The position numbers and the translations under genes were made by a program. Positions 6,815 to 15,279 of a stretch of 32,000 nt of DNA are shown here, one piece after another. The DNA is taken from contig NC_010628.1 of assembly GCF_000020025.1 (NCBI RefSeq), positions 330,001 through 362,000 of the forward strand, written 5' to 3'. The DNA comes from Nostoc punctiforme PCC 73102 (lineage in GTDB: Bacteria > Cyanobacteriota > Cyanobacteriia > Cyanobacteriales > Nostocaceae). The notes beneath the pieces are model-generated. The model was not told where the DNA came from. It made no database searches and worked only from the letters and a program-made list of their open reading frames with translations. Within the stretch, counting starts at the first letter, position 1, and the number at the start of each line of letters is the position of its first letter.

Positions 6815-8380
6815 TTATGCCATCTCCTTAAGCATATAATTAGCCATACTTTTATTAACTTCTCTAAAGAGCTTTCGACCTTTACCTAGTTTGTCTTGAG
6901 ATTTGAGAAATTCCAGAAAACTTCGATGATAAATACTATAGTAAGTTTTGTGTTCATCTACATTTACTTTCGGTGTTACATATTCAACCCACTCGTTTAA
7001 TACCGATTTCACCTCATATTCTTCCTCATCAAGAATCTCGGTAATCATATTTATCGATATTGGTTCACCTCTTTCTACCAATATATAAAGTATTTTTACC
7101 TTTTTTTCATTGGATTCTTTATCCATCCCCATACGATTCCAATGAGTTGTATAATAGTCTTGAAGTCCTTGCGGTAATCCTTTTAAATTTAAATCATTGT
7201 ATTTACCCTCAGAAATTCCGGGTAAGAGATAGCGTAAATATATAAAATTATTTTCACTCTTAACAGCTATTTCTTGAGTGAAACTATCTTCAGAAATATG
7301 GCGTTCATTAATCCAATTCTTCAGGTCTGAATCATTATTCAGATATAATTCAATATACTCTTTAACATCTTCTTGACTCAAAGCTGTATAATCACCTTGT
7401 GTTAAATCTAATTCATATACAGGAGTATCTGGAGACAAAGTTAAACGTTTTGTCTCTTGATTATAAAGTCTTCTAGTCAGTAAGAAATAGACTCCATTAG
7501 GAAGATTTTGTGGTAAATCTAAAAGATTACCATTTCCTTCTTGTTCTACTTCATCTAGTGCATCAACAACAATTACAAGTTTTTGTCCTTTTAGTTCTTC
7601 ACTAGCTTTTTGCAGTAAAGTCCTTAAATCAGTGTTATCTGCATTTTGGAGAGAATAACGCTTAATTAATTGTTGACGAATACTAGCTAGAAACTTCTCT
7701 GGTTTGTTGCGTCCTTCTGCAAAAATATTAAAATAACAAGGAAATTTATAAGCTAGAACATATTTAGCAGCAATGGCACTTTTACCCATCCCTGCATCCC
7801 CAACTATACTAAAATAACCTTTGGCTTGAGTTGTAAAAAATTTTTGGATAGCCTTAAAAACAAAATCACGTCCGCAAAATAAGCGAGTTTTTTCAAAGAT
7901 TAATGCTTTAAATTCTTTGGAATAAACATCTAAGTTCCAATCTGGATAGGGCTGATATTTTGAGGATTTTGTTTGTTTGGCAACTGCAATAAAAGCTTCA
8001 CCAAATTCTTCTATTTCAGCCAAAAAATTTATTTTAGCATTGATTAACTGCATTTTTAATTCGCTGTTTTGATTAAGAAGCTTTTTTGCATTTTCTACGA
8101 ACTTAAAGGGAGTATTAGAACTGTAAGCATCCCAAAAACAACCTTTAATTTCTTTTTCTCTAAACAGGTTTAAAATTGCTTCATGCTTAAATACACCATA
8201 TCGGATCAAAGCATAAATATAGACAGTATCAATATCATCAGAAATTTGGGTAGGATTGAGTTTTAATTCGTGCAGAATGTTAATAACAGCTTCGTTTTTT
8301 TGAGCTTGTTTAATGATTAGTTGACTAGCTTGAGGGGCATATTTACTAATTACTGAAGTAATGGCAGCAAATTCTATCAT
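6815..8380 (-). CDS. STAND (NACHT-like) P-loop NTPase with an uncharacterised ~160-aa N-terminal domain
   Basis: The track ORF runs to TTG 8515. The first ATG (8378-8380, 'MIEFAAITSV') is the more plausible start. Walker A 'GDAGMGKSAI' (~7778-7801), Walker B 'KLVIVVDALDEVE', 'YFLLTRRL', 'YYSIYHRSFLEFL'. The stop codon lies 1 nt before the WD40 ATG. Confidence 0.75.
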   Translation of the reverse strand: MIEFAAITSVISKYAPQASQLIIKQAQKNEAVINILHELKLNPTQISDDIDTVYIYALIRYGVFKHEAILNLFREKEIKGCFWDAYSSNTPFKFVENAKKLLNQNSELKMQLINAKINFLAEIEEFGEAFIAVAKQTKSSKYQPYPDWNLDVYSKEFKALIFEKTRLFCGRDFVFKAIQKFFTTQAKGYFSIVGDAGMGKSAIAAKYVLAYKFPCYFNIFAEGRNKPEKFLASIRQQLIKRYSLQNADNTDLRTLLQKASEELKGQKLVIVVDALDEVEQEGNGNLLDLPQNLPNGVYFLLTRRLYNQETKRLTLSPDTPVYELDLTQGDYTALSQEDVKEYIELYLNNDSDLKNWINERHISEDSFTQEIAVKSENNFIYLRYLLPGISEGKYNDLNLKGLPQGLQDYYTTHWNRMGMDKESNEKKVKILYILVERGEPISINMITEILDEEEYEVKSVLNEWVEYVTPKVNVDEHKTYYSIYHRSFLEFLKSQDKLGKGRKLFREVNKSMANYMLKEMA

Positions 8381-8577
8381 TTTTATTCCCGAAAATTTAC
8401 TATTTTGCTGATGAGTAGTATTACAAATCTTACACAGTAGGTAATACTGGGTAATATTAATGGCGCATCTGCCAAAACTTGCTTGTGCTGCTAGAGCTAT
8501 AGCTTCCGTGGGCAAAGCCTACGCACAAGATTGTAATTGTGATGCTGATACTAAGCGTTATTTTTAACACATACTGC

Positions 8578-8609
8578 GTAGGGGCGTACAGCTAGCTGTG
8601 CGCCCCTAC
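8578..8609. repeat. Imperfect 32-bp palindrome GTAGGGGCGTACAGC-TA-GCTGTGCGCCCCTAC
   Basis: The 15-nt arms are complementary apart from one T/C position. It shares GTAGGGGC...GCCCCTAC termini with the palindromes at 15777 and 18026. It lies in the divergent intergenic region between the STAND operon and miaE. Confidence 0.7.
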
Positions 8610-8692
8610 TATAAACAAATTGCTCCATCCACGATTAAAATCAATTTGCTAAGGTACTCAGCTAAATTAAAATTCTGGAGTTTTGTGACTCT

Positions 8693-9289
8693 GTGCTTAC
8701 TCAGTTACCGACTATCAACGTCCTAAAACAGCCCACTAGCTCTGCTTGGGTTGAACAAGCGATCGCTAACCTAGACATCATCTTACTCGACCACTCCCAC
8801 TGTGAACGCAAAGCAGCAGGTGTGGCCTTGAACATGATGTTTCGCTACCCTTCCAATACTAAAATGGTGCGGGAACTAACTGCGATCGCCCGCGAGGAAC
8901 TAGAACACTTTGAGCTAGTTAACCAATGGTTAGAACGCCGGAATATTTCCTTAGCTCCCTTACCACCGCCTCCCTACGGCGCAGGTTTAAAGGCTCAAGT
9001 CCGCCCCAAAGAACCTGAGCGATTTCTGGATTCCTTACTAGTCACTGGTTTAATTGAAGCTCGTTCTCACGAACGTCTGGGACTATTAGCTGCTCACTGT
9101 CCAGAGCCAGAGTTAGCAAAATTTTATCGTGGGCTAATGGCATCTGAAGCGCGTCACTACGGTATATATTGGGTTTTAGCTGCTACTTATTTCGACAGAG
9201 AAATTGTCATGCAACGGCTTGATGAATTAGCAATTGTCGAAAGCGAGTTGCTGGCGACTTTGCACCCAGAACCTAGAATTCACAGTTAG
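8693..9289 (+). CDS. miaE: tRNA-(ms2io6A37)-hydroxylase MiaE-like ferritin-fold diiron protein
   Basis: 198 aa with a GTG start. Diiron-type motifs 'LLDHSHCERKAAG', 'EELEHF', 'EARSHERL', 'SEARHY', as I recall for the MiaE family. Confidence 0.7.
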   Translation: MLTQLPTINVLKQPTSSAWVEQAIANLDIILLDHSHCERKAAGVALNMMFRYPSNTKMVRELTAIAREELEHFELVNQWLERRNISLAPLPPPPYGAGLKAQVRPKEPERFLDSLLVTGLIEARSHERLGLLAAHCPEPELAKFYRGLMASEARHYGIYWVLAATYFDREIVMQRLDELAIVESELLATLHPEPRIHS

Positions 9290-9307
9290 TAGACTAAGGC
9301 AACAGAT

Positions 9308-9712
9308 ATGAAGCTTCAGCTAACACACCTGAGACTACTTGTCTCCAACTACAAAGATTCTTTTCTGTTCTACCGGGATCTGCTGAAATTTGATGTCGAT
9401 TGGGGCGATGAAGAGAGCGGATATGCTGAGTTGAATACCGGATATCTCAAGTTGGGTTTGTTCAAAAAAGAATTAATGGCTGAAGTAGTTCCAAGAATTG
9501 AACAGCCTTCATACATTGTCAATCGAGATAAAACGGTCTTAATTTTTGCAGTCGATAATCTGGATGAAGTTTATGAGCAAGTAAAAAATCATAATGCGAT
9601 CGTTGTGACTGAACCACAAGATCGCCCAGACTGGGGAATTCGCACCGCTCATTTTCGCGATCCTGATGGCAATCTCATCGAAATTTACAGCAATCTCGGA
9701 ATTGTCAGTTAA
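9308..9712 (+). CDS. VOC (glyoxalase/bleomycin-resistance/dioxygenase) family protein
   Basis: 134 aa. N-terminal 'HLRLLVSNYKDSFLFYRD' and C-terminal 'FRDPDGNLIEIY' are typical VOC beta-alpha-beta-beta-beta module signatures. It begins 19 nt after miaE. Confidence 0.75.
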   Translation: MKLQLTHLRLLVSNYKDSFLFYRDLLKFDVDWGDEESGYAELNTGYLKLGLFKKELMAEVVPRIEQPSYIVNRDKTVLIFAVDNLDEVYEQVKNHNAIVVTEPQDRPDWGIRTAHFRDPDGNLIEIYSNLGIVS

Positions 9713-9964
9713 AAGTTTGCTGCAACACAATTATCCAATATCTGAACTACAAACTTAGCTCTAACAGCAACGGTATTACATAATAAATAGGGGACATATT
9801 TGCGATACGTCCCCCTACAATTATTAGGACTTTCTAGCCTGAAAAATTTCTTAGTCATTCAAGCTAGAATAATATTTAATTACAGTTCTAATCGCACGAT
9901 ACTTGATTGATTTAGTTGCTTGGAGTAACGCATCCTAGAAGGTCGGGCTTACTAGCTTATAAGC

Positions 9965-11476
9965 CTACTTCTTTCCAGGGGGGAAGTGCAGGGCTAGCAA
10001 TTGACCACCTTCAACTAATTCGCCGCTAATCGGATAATGAGCTTGTACATCCAGCAGGAACCAGCCTTCACCTAGGATATCTGACGCATCTATAATCCCA
10101 GAGGATTCTTCGTCCTGAGTTAGGAATGCTGGTGCCCCTGGAGCAAAGCGATTCAGATCATGCTGTGCTATCTGGGTGAATTGATCTCTTGCAATATCAT
10201 AGCGCCAGAGCTTCGCTACATAACCTTGATTACCAGGATCTTCTTGAATGAAGATTTGTCCACGCTTATTGATAGTCAGGTTATCCATCATCTGCTGACC
10301 TTCAGTACCATCGAGCAACAGTTCGATAGTTCCCCCCTTGTTTGGGTCTGTAATATCGTCGAAAGTCAAGCGCCAGAGTCGGCTACGGCCAATCTGTGTC
10401 CCAGTACCAGCAGACACTTGATCAAAGCGATCCGTTGTGACGAAATAATATTGATTTGGATTGAGAGGATCCCAAGCACCATCTTCCGGACGGGAGAAGG
10501 TGGTTGATGCTGTGCTGTTGAGGGTAAAGCGGGTGCCGTTGGTGATGTTGGTCGCACGGGTGGTGGTGTTGGTAATTTCCACAGCGTTACCCACGACATT
10601 TACGAACTTGAGGGTGCCATTTGTTAGACCAGCTTTGTCAATTTCACTGCCGATGTTGGTCTTTGTTCCAACATAAACAGCAAGCGCACCATTCATAATA
10701 TTTAAGCCACCATCGTTGTTGCCGATCACGATTGTCTTATCTTGAGGGAAGGGATTGGCGAGAGCATTTTCCCAAGCACCAACGCCTGTGAGACCAGAGC
10801 CATTGGTGCTGAGATTGAACTTGCCAAGAACGTAGGTGCTTCCTTTGTTAGAACCAGTGGCGATCGTGGCCAATTGATAGCCAGTAGCCCCCCCTTCTTC
10901 CCCGTGCATAAAAATACGTTCTTGAGAGCCAAGTCCAGTGGCAGGGTTGTAGAAAGCTGTAGGTGATGGGAGATCGCCAGAGCAAAAGCGATTAAAAGCA
11001 ATTATACTTGCGCTATTATTAGACTGCTGGGTAATAGTATTCCATGTAAAAACTCTCTTGATCAAGTCTTCACCGCTCACAACAGTCAGGTCATCTTTGT
11101 GGATAGTCCATTGGGATACGAAGGCACCCTTAGCACCATGAGCACGAACAATTCCAGATGTATTGCCAAGCTCATGGTTCATCAACAGTGTAAACGTACC
11201 ATCACCATTATCGAACGCGCCCAGACCATCAGGGATACCAACCATGCGGTACGGCGTACCGTCAGGCTTGTTATTAACTGAATCTCCTACCGTCAGGATA
11301 GCTTTAGTGACAACCCCGGGCACTGAGCGAACAATATAGGGGGACTGAGAGCTGCTTGGGCTAGTAATCGTATTAGCAATAGCAATACTGCCAACACTAG
11401 CGAGGACAAATCCTCCAGCTAAACACACTAAGTTCTTAATCGGGAGAGATGTTATACGCAATCGAGACTTAAACAA
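9965..11476 (-). CDS. Secreted PhoX/DUF839-like beta-propeller protein (putative phosphatase)
   Basis: The track ORF begins at TTG 11521. A GGAGG element sits 5 nt upstream of TTG 11474-11476 and gives 'LFKSRLRITSLPIKNLVCLAGGFVLASVGSIAIA', a signal-peptide-like N-terminus. 'FSRPEDGAWDP', 'MDNLTINKRGQIFIQEDPGN' and 'EESSGIID' resemble PhoX-family blades. The assignment is from memory only. Confidence 0.5.
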   Translation of the reverse strand: MFKSRLRITSLPIKNLVCLAGGFVLASVGSIAIANTITSPSSSQSPYIVRSVPGVVTKAILTVGDSVNNKPDGTPYRMVGIPDGLGAFDNGDGTFTLLMNHELGNTSGIVRAHGAKGAFVSQWTIHKDDLTVVSGEDLIKRVFTWNTITQQSNNSASIIAFNRFCSGDLPSPTAFYNPATGLGSQERIFMHGEEGGATGYQLATIATGSNKGSTYVLGKFNLSTNGSGLTGVGAWENALANPFPQDKTIVIGNNDGGLNIMNGALAVYVGTKTNIGSEIDKAGLTNGTLKFVNVVGNAVEITNTTTRATNITNGTRFTLNSTASTTFSRPEDGAWDPLNPNQYYFVTTDRFDQVSAGTGTQIGRSRLWRLTFDDITDPNKGGTIELLLDGTEGQQMMDNLTINKRGQIFIQEDPGNQGYVAKLWRYDIARDQFTQIAQHDLNRFAPGAPAFLTQDEESSGIIDASDILGEGWFLLDVQAHYPISGELVEGGQLLALHFPPGKK

Positions 11477-12236
11477 ATTAACCTCCAAAAGCCTTAAAGA
11501 GAAGCCGAGTCTTATAAACAATAAATAGGGAAATACTGCTGATTACTAGCATCATTGCTAATGTTAATTCAGTAATTTTTACACACATCTATTAAGTAAG
11601 AAATATAAGTTTAAAAAGTTAAGAAAAGGTTATATTAAAATTAATTAAACAGAACTTTATACAAATTTTTATTGTTTCAACGCAATATCTATGAATGAAA
11701 TCGATAATGAATAACAAGTTTACAAACTGAAGAATTTTTCTGTTAGAAAATACTGAAAAAACTAGATAATTAATGATTAATTCTTGATGCGTATAGTTTT
11801 CAGGATCTATTAACTAAAGCCCAGCATCACCTGCTATTTAAATACGTAAGTAATATTTGATACATAAATTAGCCAGCTTTTTCTAAGACTCTTGCAACTC
11901 TATTAGATAAAACTGCCTACTTTAGCCGACTCACAAAAGGAAGTGCGATCGCTTAGGCTATTGGGCATAAAGATAAAAATTTAAGTATAAAAATATGTTT
12001 AATGCCCTCAGCCCAATCACAAATGACTTAACAGGTTAAATTTCAAGACGTAAATTCTTTGCAATAGCAGGTACAACTGCTGTAGGCACTTTGATGGTGG
12101 TCCCGTAGGTGGTGAGTCAGGTCTGTTTATTGACACCTTGAGAGTACAGCTTGAAATGGACTCTGCCAGAATTGCTATTTGCTGGGTAAATTGGGATATA
12201 GAACCAGAAAATTTTCTGTGTAAACTTGACCAGCAA

Positions 12237-12734
12237 ATGGTAATGAAAAACTATTATCAAGATTTTTTAATTCGTGATTGGGTGCAAAGCGATCGCACAA
12301 GAGCCGCCGAAGTCATCAGTTATGTATTATCAGAATACGGTCTCGGTTGGGAACCCAAGGGCGCTGACCGAGATGTGCTACGAGTTGAGGAATGTTATTT
12401 AGCTACTGGGGGAGAGTTTTGGGTAATTGAACACCAAAGCCAGTTAGTAGGAACTGGGGCATACTACCCCATACAGCGAGGTGAAAAAGCTGTAGAAATC
12501 CGCAAAATGTATCTTTTACCCAGCATCAGGGGTTTGGGATTAGGGAAATATTTGTTACAACAGCTAGAAGCAGCGATCGCAGAGCGTGGTTTTGAGCAAA
12601 TTTGGATTGAAACCGCCAGTGTTTTGGTGGAAGCAGTCAAGCTGTATGAAAGCAACGGCTACACTCCAGCAACAGGAGTAGAAACAATACGCTGCGATCG
12701 CGTGTATTTTAAGTCACTGGTTAATGGTCATTAG
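12237..12734 (+). CDS. GNAT family N-acetyltransferase
   Basis: The track ORF starts at TTG 12138; the ATG at 12237 ('MVMKNYYQDFLIRDW') gives a typical GNAT length. Acetyl-CoA binding motif 'LLPSIRGLGLGKYLLQQLE'. Confidence 0.75.
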   Translation: MVMKNYYQDFLIRDWVQSDRTRAAEVISYVLSEYGLGWEPKGADRDVLRVEECYLATGGEFWVIEHQSQLVGTGAYYPIQRGEKAVEIRKMYLLPSIRGLGLGKYLLQQLEAAIAERGFEQIWIETASVLVEAVKLYESNGYTPATGVETIRCDRVYFKSLVNGH

Positions 12735-12800
12735 TCATTGGTCATTGGTCATTAGCTAAGAACAAAGGACAAGTGACAAAGGACAAAGGACAAAGGACAA
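12726..12800. repeat. STRR-type heptamer repeat block (GTCATTG x3-4, then GACAAAG x4)
   Basis: The sequence is 'ggtcattagtcattggtcattggtcattag...gacaagtgacaaaggacaaaggacaaaggacaa'. It overlaps the GNAT stop codon and ends just before comF. Confidence 0.85.
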
Positions 12801-12806
12801 TTCTAA

Positions 12807-13484
12807 ATGCACACTTGGATTAAAAATCTCACAGGCTTACTCAATCTTTTTCTTCAATCCCATTGTCCACTATGCCAACGCGCAACTTCCCAAGAATTTT
12901 GTCACAACTGCACCAGACAACTGCAAAAATGTCAACGTAAAAACCCAATGTCTCTATGGAAAGAGCCAATACCAGTGTTTGGCTGGGGAGAGTATGGTGG
13001 CCCAGTGAAACGAGCGATCGCGGTGATGAAATACGAAAATCAACCCCAAATAGCTCGCCCTTTGGGTCAATGGTTAGGAGAAGCATGGTTATTAAATTCA
13101 CCTAAGCGAGATAGCCAGCCTGTGGTGGTTCCCATTCCACTACACCCTAGCAAGCAAAAGCAACGTAAATATAATCAAGCTGCACTAATAGCACAAAGCT
13201 TCTGCGAAATAACTGGATTAAAATTGAAACTAAACGGTTTAGCCAGAGTCCGAGAAACTGAAGCGCAATTTGGTTTATCGGTATCTAAGCGAGAAAAAAA
13301 CTTGGCTCAAGCTTTTGCTGTCGGACAAGAATTTCGCGATCGCCCCCCAAATGTTCCTGTGCTGTTAGTGGACGACATTTATACTACTGGTGCTACTGCC
13401 AGGTCTGCTGTGCAAACTCTTCGTCACTATGGAATAGTGGTCTTAGGATTAGTAGCAGTAGCCACTGCCGTTAAAGACGGATAA
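12807..13484 (+). CDS. comF: ComF family protein (phosphoribosyltransferase domain with N-terminal Cys4 finger)
   Basis: 225 aa. 'CPLCQR...CHNC' zinc-finger-like N-terminus and the PRTase motif 'VLLVDDIYTTGATA'. Confidence 0.8.
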   Translation: MHTWIKNLTGLLNLFLQSHCPLCQRATSQEFCHNCTRQLQKCQRKNPMSLWKEPIPVFGWGEYGGPVKRAIAVMKYENQPQIARPLGQWLGEAWLLNSPKRDSQPVVVPIPLHPSKQKQRKYNQAALIAQSFCEITGLKLKLNGLARVRETEAQFGLSVSKREKNLAQAFAVGQEFRDRPPNVPVLLVDDIYTTGATARSAVQTLRHYGIVVLGLVAVATAVKDG

Positions 13485-13570
13485 ATCAAAAATTAATGAG
13501 CTAAATTGAACATATAAGCGCATAATCGACCGAATTACTCTATTTTTGTGGAAAAAATTGCTTGAAATGT

Positions 13571-14026
13571 ATGAATAAAGTTTTTGCGGCGGGTTTAAAA
13601 CAACTCATAATTATTCCTGCCACATTGCTGGCAATAGGCGTAAGTACAAGCGCAGCTTTTGCTCAAAATAAGTTGTATAGTCCAATTCCTTTATCTAACA
13701 GTACTGAACTTTCCGATAGCCTCTCAGATAAAGACATTCCCACAGGTCAAGGTGGTTTTGCTCGTGATTATACTGTGAAGTTACAAAAGGGCGATAATTT
13801 AGCAGTTGACCTGTCATCTGAAAATTTTGACAGCATAATTACACTGCTAGCACCTGATGGATCGACTCTGGCAGAAAATGATGATGGTCCCGATGGTAGT
13901 AGCAATTCCCTACTATTTACCCGCATCGTAGAGACAGGCAATTATGTGATTCGTGTCCGGTCTTTTGGGGAAACTGGGGTGGGGGCTTTTAAACTCAAGG
14001 TGACAAAGCTGCAACCGATTAAATGA
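13571..14026 (+). CDS. Small secreted protein with a pre-peptidase C-terminal (PPC)-like domain
   Basis: ATG at 13571 (the track starts at TTG 13562). Signal peptide 'LLAIGVSTSAAFA-QN'. 'DSIITLLAPDGSTLAENDDG...GNYVIRV' is typical of PPC / bacterial collagenase C-terminal domains. Confidence 0.65.
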   Translation: MNKVFAAGLKQLIIIPATLLAIGVSTSAAFAQNKLYSPIPLSNSTELSDSLSDKDIPTGQGGFARDYTVKLQKGDNLAVDLSSENFDSIITLLAPDGSTLAENDDGPDGSSNSLLFTRIVETGNYVIRVRSFGETGVGAFKLKVTKLQPIK

Positions 14027-14028
14027 AG

Positions 14029-14125
14029 TAGTCATTTGTCATTTGTCATTGGGGATGGGGCATTGGGCATGAAGCATTGATCAATAATTAATAGTTATTC
14101 TTCCCCTACTCCCCACTCCCCCATT
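14029..14125. repeat. STRR-type heptamer repeats in an imperfect inverted arrangement
   Basis: 'gtcatttgtcatttgtcattggggatggggcattgggcatg' faces 'cccctactccccactccccc'. It lies between the convergent PPC-protein and cobS genes, so it is probably a bidirectional terminator structure. Confidence 0.75.
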
Positions 14126-14127
14126 GA

Positions 14128-14901
14128 TTAAAAAACGGTCAATACGCACAGAAATAAGGCTTCAGTCCACTCGACGACTGCGCCGTAGGTATCTCCGGTG
14201 TGTCCGCCTAATTTGTGGTTGAACCATGCACCGGTTAAAGTGGCGATCGCACTTCCAGCAATTATCATTGCTAGTGCGAGAAATAATTGCTGTTTATCTA
14301 TCAACACAAGTAAACCACTCAAACTCAAGAGCAATAACAATCCTGGTAACAAATCTTTGTAAGAACGAATGGCTTGTTTGTGAAATGCACCTTTGCCAGT
14401 TGGTTTTAAATAAGGATATCGTGCGATCGCTAACTGTTGTCCCCAACGTCCCCAGCCACAAGCAGCCATCAGCAATAAACAACGGTTTTCTGGCAAATCT
14501 GTTAAGGCTGTGATTTTGAGCAGCACTAAGGCGATCGCAGTCATTGCCCCAAATGCACCTGTAGCACTATCTACCATCACCTCCAGCCGCCGCTTTGGGT
14601 CGCCCACTGCCAAACCATCGGCAGTATCCATTGCCCCATCTAAGTGCAGTCCTCCGGTGATGCCAATCCAAATGCTTACTACCAAAGCACTACGAGTTAA
14701 CACTGGCATCCCAAGATAATCGATCCCCGTATCCAGTAACCCTAAAATTCCCCCAATTATCAACCCTACATGCGAAGCAAGACGTGCCACTCCCTGAAAA
14801 TCTAATCCATTCAAATACGGCAACGGAATACTCGTGTAAAATATAATACTAGCTGCCAGCTTTAACAGCAGCCTTTTCCACCACTGTTGCTGTTTCGTCA
14901 T
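14128..14901 (-). CDS. cobS: Adenosylcobinamide-GDP ribazoletransferase (cobalamin synthase)
   Basis: 257 aa and polytopic. '[11 protein letters not shown]' and '[10 protein letters not shown]' are CobS signature segments. Confidence 0.85.
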   Translation of the reverse strand: MTKQQQWWKRLLLKLAASIIFYTSIPLPYLNGLDFQGVARLASHVGLIIGGILGLLDTGIDYLGMPVLTRSALVVSIWIGITGGLHLDGAMDTADGLAVGDPKRRLEVMVDSATGAFGAMTAIALVLLKITALTDLPENRCLLLMAACGWGRWGQQLAIARYPYLKPTGKGAFHKQAIRSYKDLLPGLLLLLSLSGLLVLIDKQQLFLALAMIIAGSAIATLTGAWFNHKLGGHTGDTYGAVVEWTEALFLCVLTVF

Positions 14902-15279
14902 CGTAGTTACATTAATATTTGGCTAATTGCTGGATAATCATCATAATTTGACTACAAGTGAACATCAGTACACTTTAAAGCTTTAGATAAGATTTACTTC
15001 TGTTAGAGATTATCACTGAAAATTTTGTTATGCTGGTCTAAGTAGTAAATAAAAAGTTTTGAGTAATTTTTTATACAAAAAACAAATGATTCAGGAAATT
15101 AAAATTCCATCAGGAATCAAAATTTGTGTTTTGTATTCGTTAACTAAAAACTTCCTCCAAATTGTTAGACGATTGCCCCACAAAATTGATATTTTTTTAA
15201 ATGTAGGGAGTAAACAAGCTATTCAATTATGACTGTTTAGCTCTGTTGTTGCTCTCCTTAGCTCAATCGCTATTTTCCT

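Noticed and set aside
8381-8515. 45-codon N-terminal extension of the first STAND NTPase (track start at TTG 8515)
   Set aside because: It needs a TTG start, its composition is odd and Cys-rich ('CAINITQYYLLCKICNTTH'), and an ATG follows at 8380. It is more likely 5' UTR, although the true start is unverified.
3819-8692. Mobile-element hallmarks around the STAND island (integrase, transposase, terminal inverted or direct repeats, tRNA attachment site)
   Set aside because: None were found by eye in the flanks 3819-3981 and 8516-8692. Foreign origin rests only on composition and HIP1 depletion, so I make no mobile_element call.
10160-11281. Several 60-115-aa ORFs on both strands inside the PhoX-like gene (10160-10507, 10366-10599, 10461-10676, 10726-11001, 10742-10966, 11099-11281)
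   Set aside because: All are nested in, or antisense to, a long ORF with clear family motifs. They have no independent start signals. Such shadow ORFs are typical of a relatively GC-rich gene.
14902-15279. Possible cobalamin riboswitch upstream of cobS
   Set aside because: The region is AT-rich and I could not find a B12-box-like GC-rich core (AGYCMGG..GCC type) on the cobS strand.
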